Assembly: GCA_030141605.1 (NCBI GenBank)
Contig: JAQGDQ010000002.1
Coordinates: 558,001-622,000 of the forward strand
From: Tubiluchus corallicola
Taxonomy: Eukaryota > Animalia > Priapulida
Direction of reading: 5' to 3'
Length of the DNA: 64,000 bases
The notes beneath the pieces are model-generated. The model searched no databases and was not told the origin of the DNA. It was given only the letters and a program-made list of their open reading frames with translations. Positions 14,233 through 26,600 of this stretch are shown piece after piece. Every line of letters starts with the position of its first letter. The stretch's first letter is position 1. A program made the position numbers and the translations under genes.

Positions 14233-14668
14233 GCTCGTATAATATGTTTTGTTTATACTCTAGTGCTGCCACAACGCGGCAACAAAACAAACAAATAAGT
14301 AAAAATTACAGTATAGCATAGAATATCTAAAGCCACTGACAGAAAAAAATGTATACAGCAATGTCGAGAGTAGTACACGGTGTAGGGAAAACCTCGCAGG
14401 AGGAAAACAAAATAGCCTGGGAAAAATAAACACGGTATCATAAACACATTTTAGGCTATAAATCACCCTGCTGGTGAGTTGGTAAAATGAAAAAGTAACA
14501 GAATTGAAGTATCATTGCAAGAGAAATTACAGTTGATAGATGCTTGTGAAAGATGTAATGGCATGAATGCATGAAATTACTCATAAAATAAATAAACATC
14601 AAAACTCATATTTTTTTACAAAATTGTTGAATAAAACCTTTTCAATGCATTATAATAATATTATAAGA

Positions 14669-17600
14669 TTAAATATTATCAGATACATAAAAATGGCACA
14701 AATTGTCAACAATATGGCATTTAGCATGATTTCCCCATCCATTTTTCCACACTTTACATAAGCTATCAATATCTCCATTTGTAAATGTTAATTTACAATC
14801 TCGCAAAGATTTTTCATTATTTAAGTGGTGTTTCATAGCCAAAATAAAATCTGTAGTTATAGTAAGACAACAGTCCCTCACATTTAAATATTCTAATTTT
14901 CCGTTGCACACAGAGGTCAATATTTGACACACTTCCTTTGCACCAACTTTCACATTTGAAGAAATGTCTAACGAAATGAGCTGACTGCAAAATTGGCTAA
15001 CATCTTGTATGCCATCAGAATCCAAGTAGCACGAGGATAAGTTAAGCTCAGAAAGTTCACAATTTGTGCGCAAAGCAAACTGCCTCAGATAGCGGAGCAC
15101 TTGAGAAGAGTTTGACGGTGATGCAACACCGGCTAAATTTAAGCAGCGGAGACAATCTGGTCTCAAGCACTTCAGTAACAGCTCTATTCCGGTTGCACCT
15201 AATGCATTCAAAGAGACATCCAGATCTTGAAAGTTCTCCAGTTTGTTGAAAGCATTACTCAGGGCAATGCGATGATTCTGAAAGAATCTCTGTGTCAATC
15301 CACATGATGCAATTTTTAATGTTGTCAAATCTGGTATATTAGAGGTGATATTGGTAAGTGCCTTCGTGGAATTGTCACCTAAACAGTTAAAACTTAAATC
15401 CAATAATCGCAAATTCTTGAGCTGAAGAGGAGATGATATGTTGTCTGAAATTCTGTCAGACAGGATTTGTAAGCCTTTATACGTGATCTCATTTGATGAT
15501 AAATTTAGTGAAGTTAAACTTTCAAAAGTTTGCATAGCTGCCACGAACTCTTTACACCCCTCATCTCCAATTCTATTGCCACTGAGGTTAAGAATGCATA
15601 GTGTGTGTTGTCCTCGAAGAGAGCGAAAGATAGGGCGAGCATGCTGTGGGCGAAGTGCTAAGTTTGACAAGTTTAATGTGTATGAATCATCTGCAGCTGC
15701 CAAAAGGTTTTTGATATTCCGATACTTTGTCGTCTTCAGTGCTTCACAAGCTTGTACGTATCTGCAAAATGGAAATTATTACCACTGTTGATCATGGCTT
15801 ATTAAAAGAATTATCTCAAAAAAAGGCCAGGCCAAAAGTTCTACAGCAGTTAAGCTGCAGAACACAGAAGGAGAATTTACGCTTTTACTTTTAAGTCAAT
15901 TACACAGACACTTTTATCTATTATAGTAACAAGCCTGATGAGTTATAATATATAATAACACACTTTTATATTGCAATGAAAATAAATAAATAAATGGTTA
16001 AAAAGCAAAACAGTAATAAGTAGCTTAATTTTTTTCATGGTTAAAACTTGATATCTGAATATGTGCTTAAATAACTTCACACAGTGCTCTACTGAAAGCA
16101 ATCAAAATATGCAGTAGTGCTGTCTTGCATGCTAGTGTAAGATAACCCACTGAGATTTTTTTCTATATAAGTTCTTATAGTTTGACTATAGAACAAATGT
16201 AAGCTTCAGCTACAAATGGTTGGATAAATTTTTTAACACCTGACCTTAATTTCAAGTTATTATACTACTTGAATGACTTACAATGGCGATAATCAGATGA
16301 CAATGACGATGATGATGGTGTTGATGGTTAATGTCATCGCTTAAGCTGTTGTCGTTGGTCTTTATATTTATTATTCTTGCTTCTGTTATGTTTGTGTTTG
16401 TTATTATAGCTATTGTTGCCAACGGCAATCTTACTTTCAAGTTAGTAACAATTCTACGTATAACAATTGTTAAAAAATGAAACTACTGAGGAACCACAGT
16501 TTTTACCTTTCAGTTAATGGGGGCAGATCCCAAGAGTCAACTGTCCCTAATATCTCTTCATCAGATGATACAAGATCTATGATATTGTCATCTGCTCCAA
16601 GAACAGCTCCATCTTTAGTGCACAAAGTCAGTTGAGGCCGCTGACCACATAGTGCGTAATATCGATGTGATGCCTCATCTGCTAACCAACTTAAAGTTTT
16701 CCCTGAAAAATGGAAACATGCTTATATGATCTAGTATTTATTTGCTGTAGGATAATACATTACCTTTGACTAAAGCTGGTATTTTGCAATCCTAGTATTT
16801 AGATACAATGTGGTACTTTACCCAAGTGGCACACATCAGCACAATCAGGTAAAAACAATTTTTTGTAAAAGTGCAACAAATAAACACGAATAATTTAATT
16901 TATGAGAGAGCAATTAATAACAGTCAAATTTTTTACCAACCTTCAGAACTCCTGGGAACAGGGATAAGCAATGTTTTGTTTTCCACCTTCACCCTGACTC
17001 TCATTGGCACACTATGCGGTTGCTGCGGAACAGGTTCCTCAACTAAGGCAACCTCTTGGCCGACTGTGACTGGACTCTGAGGTTCTGAAATAGGACTCCC
17101 ACTCTCCTCACGGTCAAATATTGACGTTATTCGAAGCTGCCGAGACTTTTTAAACTGTCTAGTAACTCGTGGCTTTGAGCAGTTGGTAGTGGTCGAGTTG
17201 CAATCTAAATCTAAAAGTTCATCATTAGCCGACAGTAAGTCAGAAAACGTTTGCAGGCCATTATTCACACTACGTGTATTTGTTGATTCTAACGTACGTT
17301 TTCGCTTAGCTGGGCGATGACGTAAATCATCTTCTAACCATTCGCTGTGCTCAACTATATATTCATCTTCTGGAATTAGAGCAGGCTTGGTCACTGCTTT
17401 GCTTAGTTCAGAATTCACTTCTGATTTATTGTGATCTGCCAACCTAGTAGCAGCACTCCCAATACTTCTTATTGCACTAGCGTAAGCCTGAACTGGACCT
17501 TTCTCAACATCAGTTTGTAATTCACAGTCCTCAGATATAAGACATGAATCTTTATCACTTGTAATCCTAATTGAAGATGCATGTGAACAGATATCAGGTA

Positions 17601-20600
17601 GATCTTCCTGAGAAAGAACAGAGGCATCGCTCACTTCACATAAATCGTGCTCATCTAGAATGGTACAGTTGTCATCACATTCATCAGTGTTGGTTAAGGG
17701 CCTCAATTTTCGTCGCTTTTGTCGCTGCCTTGTTGAAGAATTGTTGTGCCTTCTTTTTGAACTGAGAGAATTATCCACTGTGCTCCTAATTTCATTGTCG
17801 TCGCTGTCACTATTTGCCTCAAACAAATTTGCTGCACTTGATGTCGCAGCTTGATCACCTGACAAATAACATTTCTCATTATAGGTGCTAAACAGAAGAA
17901 GACGTATTCCATCAGTACATATGGCAAAAATAATTTATAAACCACACAGTAACTAACGTTATCACATTAGTGCAAATATAAGGAGTGCAATTAGTGCAAT
18001 TAAACCAACATCAAATTGCAAATACAAAGAATGGATGTCAGCAGTAAGTCTGTAGTCGATTAAAGTTTGCTGATCTACATAAAAATAAAAAAGATCAAAC
18101 GACAGGGTTTTTTAAATTAATCTACAGAAAGGAGACATTCTAGTTAACTCATCAAATTTCTATATAAATACTCAGGCTTAAGCACTAACACTGCTAGATC
18201 TTTAAACACACACCCAGTAACCCAGTAACTTGCATGTGGCAAATAGTAACAATAACCTAATTGCTGAAATTAAAATTCAATTAAAAAGGCTAATTAAAAA
18301 TTAATTATTTATCTTCTTTTTAGATGTTTTTTGATTTTAGTCAATGTCTTTATTACCATAATATAAGACTAGTCTTACCTCCTGCATTTGCCATTAGGTT
18401 AAGCACACGCTGTTCCATATTAGTACAAGCCACTATCTCATCTGCTTCAAGGTCTCCTTGATATGATTTCCGATAAAACCGGAGTGCATCAAGTGGAGTG
18501 CGACCGTCTCCGTCTTTAGCTATTACATTGGCTCCGTGTTTCAGTAACACCTAGAAAACACAGTTTTCCTTCATCAATCTAAAGACTGACAGACATAACA
18601 GGTTTTCCTTCTGAAAGTGAAATGCAGTTTGTTCTAAGACTCTACCAACTAAAAATCTCCTAACAATGTGCAACTGCTTTCCAAACATTTCTCGACAAGT
18701 GAAAGGTATATGGTCAATAATGCATGTGCAGGGTTTTACAACAAGTGTTTTGTCTTTTGGTGAAATGCCCCATTTGAAAAAAGACAAGAACACCGAATGT
18801 GATGAACAGTTAATAATCCCAAGAAAACCAAACACAGCAAAATAAATACTCAGCAAAGTAATTGACAATTTCTGTTGGTGAGTAGGACAGAAGAAAATCA
18901 AAATTCAGTAACTATGAAATGAGAAAAACAAACAATCACAAACACAGAGATACCCAAATTAAAGCTAATGGGTGTAGTGCGTTTTGCCTAGTAATTTGAC
19001 TTTTCCTTTAGGCTCCAGAGATCAATTTGTCACAAGGCCAAAATTCGTGAACAAGTCTTGACTAATGCTAGCCACAGGATTATGGTTGACCTTAAAAAAG
19101 CTCTGGATAACACACTTTGCACATGGTTAGTAGACGGTTAGAACATTCCACTCTTTAGACCAGTCATCTCCAGAAGTTCACTAAATTTAACTAACGTGCC
19201 TAGGAACCAGTTCAGCCAATCAAACATTGAAAGCAGCCCTTTATCCCAACTTATTTGCAAAAAAGGAAAAAATTGCTGCCTGCAGTTTGAATATAACTGA
19301 CGATTTTTTATTTCAAAAAAACATTCTTTTGATTAACAACATTTCTGTTTACTTACAGATATGACTTCCAGGTGGCCATTTTGTGCAGCATCATGTAACG
19401 GAGTCAGACCGTTGCATAAGTTACCACCTCTGTCATTAACCCTTGCACCATGCTTAATCAAGTAAACAGCAATTTCATGGAAACCAAAATTGCAGGCTTC
19501 GTGAAGAGGTGTCCAGCCAGCTCCATCTCTTGGATTTACTGGATGTCCTTGTTGTATAAGAGATTTCACTTTTGTCAAATTTCCTGTGATAAATGAAAAG
19601 CATATTGAGTGAAACTCATCGGTAAACAGCAAATGGGCTATATTCTTTCTTACAATTGTAAACATTTTCACTATTGAAAAATCCCAAAAATGAAGAATAT
19701 AAAAAACTGATAGCCCTGTAACAAATATGTACAGCACAGATGTTGTCACGGTCGTGTTTAGCAGATTAAAACGAATAGTCATTTAACTGTAATAACACGT
19801 TTACGTGGCATTTGAAATGTATTGTATTGAACCTGTCATTAATAACTAATTAACCGAATTTGGTAAACGTTATAAACTGGTGGCTCCACCTATTGGGAGT
19901 TCAACAAAGAAACGTTACGGTTCAACTTTTTGGACTAAATTCTGGCTTCATGATCTCATACCTATAGTACCGCTGTGATTGGATGATTAACTGGGTCACG
20001 ACAGGTATGACTTGAGAAGTGCAGATTATTCCAGGAGGTTACGATATAGTTGTTAAATGGCCGACTCAGCTAAAAGGCCATTGATTTTGTCTTTGTCGGG
20101 GCGTTGGCCGACAAGACGTCACTTCGGATACTTTTATAATCAACTTCATGATACAATCAACTGCAATAGCTACGTGAATTGAATTGTTCACACTACCATT
20201 CATTTATCTTGAGTAGACAGAACGTGAGCCATACGTCTAGTATTTGGCAAATGACATCTTCCTGTGATGGGTATGCTTCCATGATGGTGGAGTTTTCAAC
20301 CAAGACGACACAAAAAGTAGACTTCTAATATATTCTGAAAGCCTGGTACCTGACTCATTAGGAGGAGACGTCGTTAGAAGAATCCTGGTGGTCTGTCATC
20401 GTCCGCTAATCTCATTAAGCCAGTCAAGCGAGTGGGACATTGATGCGGTCGCCGTTGTCGACAAGACTGTTAGCAAAGTGATTCCAGCCACCTAAGTGTG
20501 TGAAACCCGGAACTTTACGGGAGACGTCCCGCTACGCGAAACGCTAGCAGACTGTTATTGAATGAGGGGTACCCCGCTGTTCTGGTGCAAGTTGTGAGTT

Positions 20601-23600
20601 CTTTTTGTTTATTGTTTTGAATTAATTAATTAATTATGCCAATTAAAATGTTAAACCTATGGCAAACAGTTTGTTTATTTATACTTTGTTGTGTTCACTG
20701 TTCCCGTTCACACTGTATCACCATTGGCCCATTCTCTGTACTTTAGGACAGACCGACCCCTCCTGCGCTTGTAACTGCCTTAGAATTTAAACAATTATTG
20801 CTGCTCTTTAACATTTGGAGTCACCAACCCGTTCAGCAATCCATCTTGATTTAAGATGCCCGACCCAAGTTCGAGCCCCAGTTGGGCTAGCAAGGAATTT
20901 CGTGACCCGAATGTTACACTGGTGTCAGACGTTTTTTGTCGTGTCTAATATCAACTTGAGTTGATATCTTCATCCGTTTTGTACAAGTCTTGGTTATACA
21001 GTGTGAGCTAAACAAATGCCACGGAAATGTTAATTTCTTTCATTAACTACTAGTAGGAAATATTTTGTCCGTGTGATAAACGATTCAGCTTTACTTAAAC
21101 GGAAAGTGAAAAACCGGGTAGAAAATAGTAGTTACAACAGTTTTTCTATTTAAACTTTGTAGGTACACCAGTTAAATCAATATTTTGCAGTTTAACCTAG
21201 ATATTGTTCCCTAACTGTATTCTGGTGTCTAGTCAGGTTTACATAGGACGTTATTGAAAATTTGGCATAAGTCCAGTTTCTTCGCAAACTAAATATAGAA
21301 AAAGCTTCGTTGGCAGGAAGTATACATGCTGCATGTTTACCTGGCTTCTCTGTTGCTTGTTCTAAGCGTTTATAGCTTTTTAAATTTACTTTGCGCATAC
21401 AAAATTCTGGCCAATACATTTGGTACTAAAGGCCTACGCTCAAAAACTCCAGTTTAATTGTACAGGTTGAAGCTCGTTAACAAGAAATAGAGTTAAAAAA
21501 CGTTTCTCTTTGTGTTTGAGTGCAAGAGTGTGTGGAGGCGTGAGAAGTGGAAAATTAGGGAAAACCTATCAAACTATAACCCGTAGCTAATTGCATTTTC
21601 GTTTTCAGGCTTGAATTTAATTATTGTTTCAATAATGTATGAGAAACGATATAAACTGTCACAATTAGTTTCCCTTAGCAAGAAACAATTGCAAGATATC
21701 GTTGCAGAGCATTTGCTCCTGGTTGACCCACGAACTACGAGAGCGAAGTTGATTACTACAATTTTTAAAGCAGCAGGGCTTCCCGAAGAGGGAGCGGAAA
21801 CTAGGGCGGACTTGGAAAATCCAGAAGGTGGTGAGATGAAAGATCCACTGGATCAACTGGATCGCATGTCAGAGGAGGGTTCTCTCTCGGATAATGACAT
21901 GGAGCTGCCCCTACCCGCTACAGTCGCTTTAAGCGAAAGAGAGGATACTAGTGTCAAGCGCAAGCCGCTTCACTTCGATACAACAGGGGTGCGAACCATT
22001 GCTGCCGAAAAGCCCCTGCTAGATCCGGTCTCGGTGCCAACGCATGTAAATAGTGTACCTTTGCCTACTCCTAGGCGTCGTAAAACTGCGTCAATTAATT
22101 TAGAAGCGCTTTCTACTACTGATAAGAAGACAACCCAAGCCTTACTTGAAATTAGGCGATTGGAACTTGAAGCTGAAGTGTCCATAAAGAAAATGGAACA
22201 TGAACAACAGATGGCTCAAGTTGAATTGAGACGTCAAGAACTTAGGTCATCCCCCGCACAAAATATCTCCTTCTCTAACCCCAATACTTCAACTTTAGAT
22301 TCTGCTGCTGATAAGATCAGGCATTTTAAAGTCCGGACATATGAAGAATCTAAGGATGATATTCAGAAGTACTTGGATTGGTTCGAGTCTTGTGCGGTTG
22401 CCAATGATATTCCTAAGACATCTTGGGCAGCCTGCCTGGGGCCAGCATTGACTGGCAGGGCTGCTGATGCGTTTCAGCAATTGCCAGCAGACAGTTTGCG
22501 AAATTATGATGCATTACGTAAGGCATTGCTTGGTGCTTACATTCTCAGTCCTGATATGTACTTGGAAAGATTCCGAAGTATTAGCAAACTGAAAAATGAA
22601 AGCTACACTCAACTCGGTCGCAGGCTGGATAGTAGCCTGCGAGATTATCACAAAGCTCTCGGTGTTTCTACCTATGAGGGAGTTTGTCAAATTGACGCAA
22701 TTGAACAGGTACTTTCCTTGATGCCGAATGACTTGGCGGCATGGCTAAGGAGGAAAACTCTTCTGAAGTTAGAAGAACTTACGGAATGCGCAGATCGATA
22801 TGTGGCTGCAAACTTAGTAACCCCACATGAAAGGAGTACTCTGGTTTCGCGTCGTTACAATAGATCTGCCCAATCCAGTCAGCGCTCCAAAGAAAATAAA
22901 GGTGGAGTTAGTGGTGGAGGTGGCAATACAATGAAGAGCACACGGATACAGTGCTACCGTTGTGGCAGGGCCGGGCACAAACGGAATGAATGTCGTGCCA
23001 ACCTTAATACGGAGGCAAGTCTCAAAGCTGCTGGATCTACTTCCGCTGGAAAACAATTATTCGGCGAGGTTGACAGTGATGACTTAGCTAACAATCAATG
23101 GCGGCATGTGCCAGGACAGACAGAACCTGTTTGCTTCAAGGCTCTCATTAATGGGTTGCATGCCGATTGCGTCCGTGATACAGGCGCCTCTGTTTCTATG
23201 GTGAATTCGAGGTTTGTGCGGCCTGACCAATATTTAGATAAATCACCTCAGCAACTCACTTGTATTTGCGGTGATCAAAGCACTTGCTTTCCTGCAGAGA
23301 TTGAAATTGAGGGTCCTGGTTTTTCCGGCATCCTTACTGTGAGTGTGAGCTCAAAGTTACCTACAGATTTTCTACTCGGTAATAACTACCTTTCTGTTTT
23401 AAAGCCCCTTCCCAAGCCACGTCGGGCCAATACTGAAGGGCATGTGCCTAGTAATACTAACACATACCCGACAGAGGTCAGGGACAACGCCGGAGCAAGA
23501 GTGCAAATGACAGAGTCAGCTTATGTTGTAACCCGCTCACAAGCTGCAAAGCAAGAGGCTGATGCTAGGCGCGACTCGCAACAGCATCAATATGCGTTTA

Positions 23601-26600
23601 ATAGGGCGGAGAGTGGACAAACGGATCTGCACCAATCCACAAAAGTGCACGATCAACTGCTCAAAGTTAGTGCAAAGGAGTTGGGGCAAGAACAAGAAGA
23701 AGATGTGTCCATTCGTAACCTCACTGATAACGCAGGAACTTCCGAAGCAGCCTACAAAAAAGGAAGCGGATACTTCTTGCGTGATGGCATTTTGTTTTAT
23801 TTATGCCGGGAAAGGAAAGGACAATCTCCCCGTGAACTTCTCGTACTGCCCAAACCTAGACGTAAGACAGTGCTTGCTTTAGCACATGGCAGTCGACTTG
23901 CTGGGCACCTTGGCATAAACAAAACTACGCAACGTATACTTCAAGAATTTATCTGGCCACACTTAAAACGAAGTGTTCGTAACTATTGTCGCTCTTGTGA
24001 TACTTGTCAGCGTACAGCTAGAGTACGTCAGGCAGACAGAGCACCTCTAAAACCACTGTCCATAGCCGACACTGCGTTCCGTACTATTGGAATGGATATC
24101 ATTGGCCCCCTGGATCGTACTCCTAGTGGAAACCGATATGCATTGGTACTGGTTGATCACTCAACCCGCTACCCTGATTGTTATCCACTTCCTAACATAG
24201 AAACAATCACTGTACTGGATGCTCTCCTTAAGTTCTGTTGCAGGTATGGAATCCCTCGACAGATAATTACGGATTGTGGTACACAATTCACTTCTGAGCT
24301 TACTCAAGAGTTAGAGCGCCAATTAGGAGTAAAGGGTATCTTTGCCAGTCCCTACTCTCCTTCCACTTGTGGTCTTGTCGAGAGATATAATGCCACTTTG
24401 AAAGCTTCCATTCTTCGTCTACAACAAGACAATCCTTCTTTACCCTGGGACCAAGCTGTAGATTTCGTCCTGTTTGCTTACAGGGAAGTGCCCCAGGAAT
24501 CGACCAATTACTCACCCAATGAACTTGTCTTTGGATATCCTATACGTGGTCCTTTGGCTATGCTCAAAGAACGCTGGGGATGCTCCAAGCCCCCCAATTT
24601 GGAGGACATCGATGAATATGTAGCCCGAGTTATCAATACGATAGAAACAACTACAGAGGATGCCCACCAGTCTTTGAGGGAGGCTAAGCTAGCCCAAAAA
24701 CGCTGGTATGACAGGATTTCCAAGGAGCGAGGCTTTGAAATTGGTGACCGTGTTTTGATCCGCAATATGTGTAAGGGCAAAAAGATGAGCCCAGGTTGGC
24801 GTGGTCCCTTTCCAGTAGTGGATAAACTGTCAGACTGGAACTACAAAGTATGCATAGGATCAAAAGGCAAGCGGCGCGATGTCCGAGTTTATCATGTGAA
24901 TAAACTCAAGCACTACATTGACCGTCAGGAAAACTTGGTATTGTGGGCAATGTGTACTAGTAGTGAAGTTCCTGATCTAGAAAGAGACTACACCGATGAA
25001 GTCAGTATTACTGAGGGTGAAGTGTTCTGGGCTGGAAGTGAAGAGGAAGTAGAAGAATTGCAGACTGAACCAGCGATTGGCCAAGGTGTTGTACAATCTT
25101 CTGGGCTCCCTGAGTATACTTTTCTGCCAACAGCTCAGGCTACACAATCTGTAGATGATTTAGAGCTGTCTTCAAACCTCTCCAGTCAAGCTAATACCCA
25201 ACTTCGCACAGTCTTCCACAAATTTCCTGAAATGTTTACCGACTTGCCAGGGAGGACCATGGTAGTTAGACACCACATCAACTTGTTTGACAAAACACCA
25301 GTCCGTCAACATCCATATCGAATCCCCCAGGCACGCAATGAAGTAGTACGACAGGAGCTGCAACAAATGTTGGACCTCGGGGTTATAAGACGCTCAGAAT
25401 CTGAATATGCGTCCCCTATGCTTCTTGTGCCAAAGCCTCATGATGAATGGAGACCTTGCGTCGATTATCGACAGTTGAATGCACGTACCATCTTTTGTCC
25501 GTACGTCATGCCCAGACCTGATGACATAGTGGATGACCTCCACAATGCCGTATGGATCTCGACTATCGATCTAGCCAAGGCATACTGGCAGATAGAACTT
25601 ACGCCAGAGTCGATCCCATTGACAGCATTTGTAACATCGTTCGGGAAGTTTGAGTTCCTTGTGATGCCTTTTGGGCTAATGAATGCTGCTAGTTCAGCTC
25701 AGTCATTGATGGATCGCATCTTAGAAACTGTCTCCAACTCTTCACGTGGATACATTGACGATGTACTAATTAAGTCATCAAATTGGGCAGACCATCTGAG
25801 ACACGTGGAAGACACATTGACATGCATTCGCAAAGCAGGCTTAACAGCCAAACCCCGCAAATGTCACTTTGCTCTGCAAGAGGCCAACTTTTTAGGCTAC
25901 GTAATTGGCAAGAACCGTTTATGGCCACAGCCCCAAAAGCTAGAACAGATCCATAACTGTGCTCGTCCTCAAACTAAATCCCAAGTGAGACGATTCCTTG
26001 GAATGGTAGGTTTCTACCGTCGGTTCATCGCACAGTTTAGTACTATTGCTGCTCCCCTATTTGCTTTGACTGAAAAGCACGCTTCTATTCAGGTCCAATG
26101 GTCAGATGCTTGTGAGAAAAGTTTCCTCCAGCTCCGAAATGCCCTGACCTCTAAGTCTGTACTACACTCACCCGACTTTTTCAAACCCTTCATTCTCACC
26201 TCTGATGCCAGTTTTGTTGGTATAGGTGGCGTGTTGTCTCAGGATAGAGAGGATGGTTTGGGTGAAGTGCCCATAACTTTTGTTAGCCGAAAGTTAACCA
26301 CCACAGAAACTAGATATTCTGTTGTTGAAGTTGAACTGCTGAGTGTGGTTTACTGCGTTCAAAAGTTATTTAGCTATTATTTAGAGGGGCGGAATTTCAC
26401 CCTGCGCACAGACCAAAGAAGCCTTTTGGCGCTTGACAAAATGCGGCGCAATAACCGTCGTCTTTGTCACTGGGCCCTAATTTTGAGTGAATTTGCATTC
26501 ACAGTTGATCATGTGGCAGGTTCACAAAATTTGGTGGCAGATGCATTAAGCCGTCTATAAACATGCATTTGCGTTATGAATACCCTTTTCTTTGTTGATT

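Noticed and set aside
19736-19743. Apparent 8-bp TSD ACAGATGT for the LTR element
   Set aside because: On the right side the ACA is the LTR terminus shared with the 5' LTR, so the true TSD is the 5-bp GATGT.
19333-19782. 149-aa ankyrin ORF with a hydrophobic N terminus starting inside the LTR
   Set aside because: Only 19583-19357 is a TONSL exon; the rest is intronic or LTR read-through.
21665-25366. Short antisense ORFs inside gag-pol (and likewise inside FZR1 and TONSL exons)
   Set aside because: Shadow ORFs of real coding sequence with no recognisable motifs.
21611-26560. Ty1/Copia classification based on integrase preceding RT
   Set aside because: RT (VDYRQLN, MPFGL), RNase H and the GPY/F integrase module are Gypsy-type; no Copia GKGY or YVDD context.
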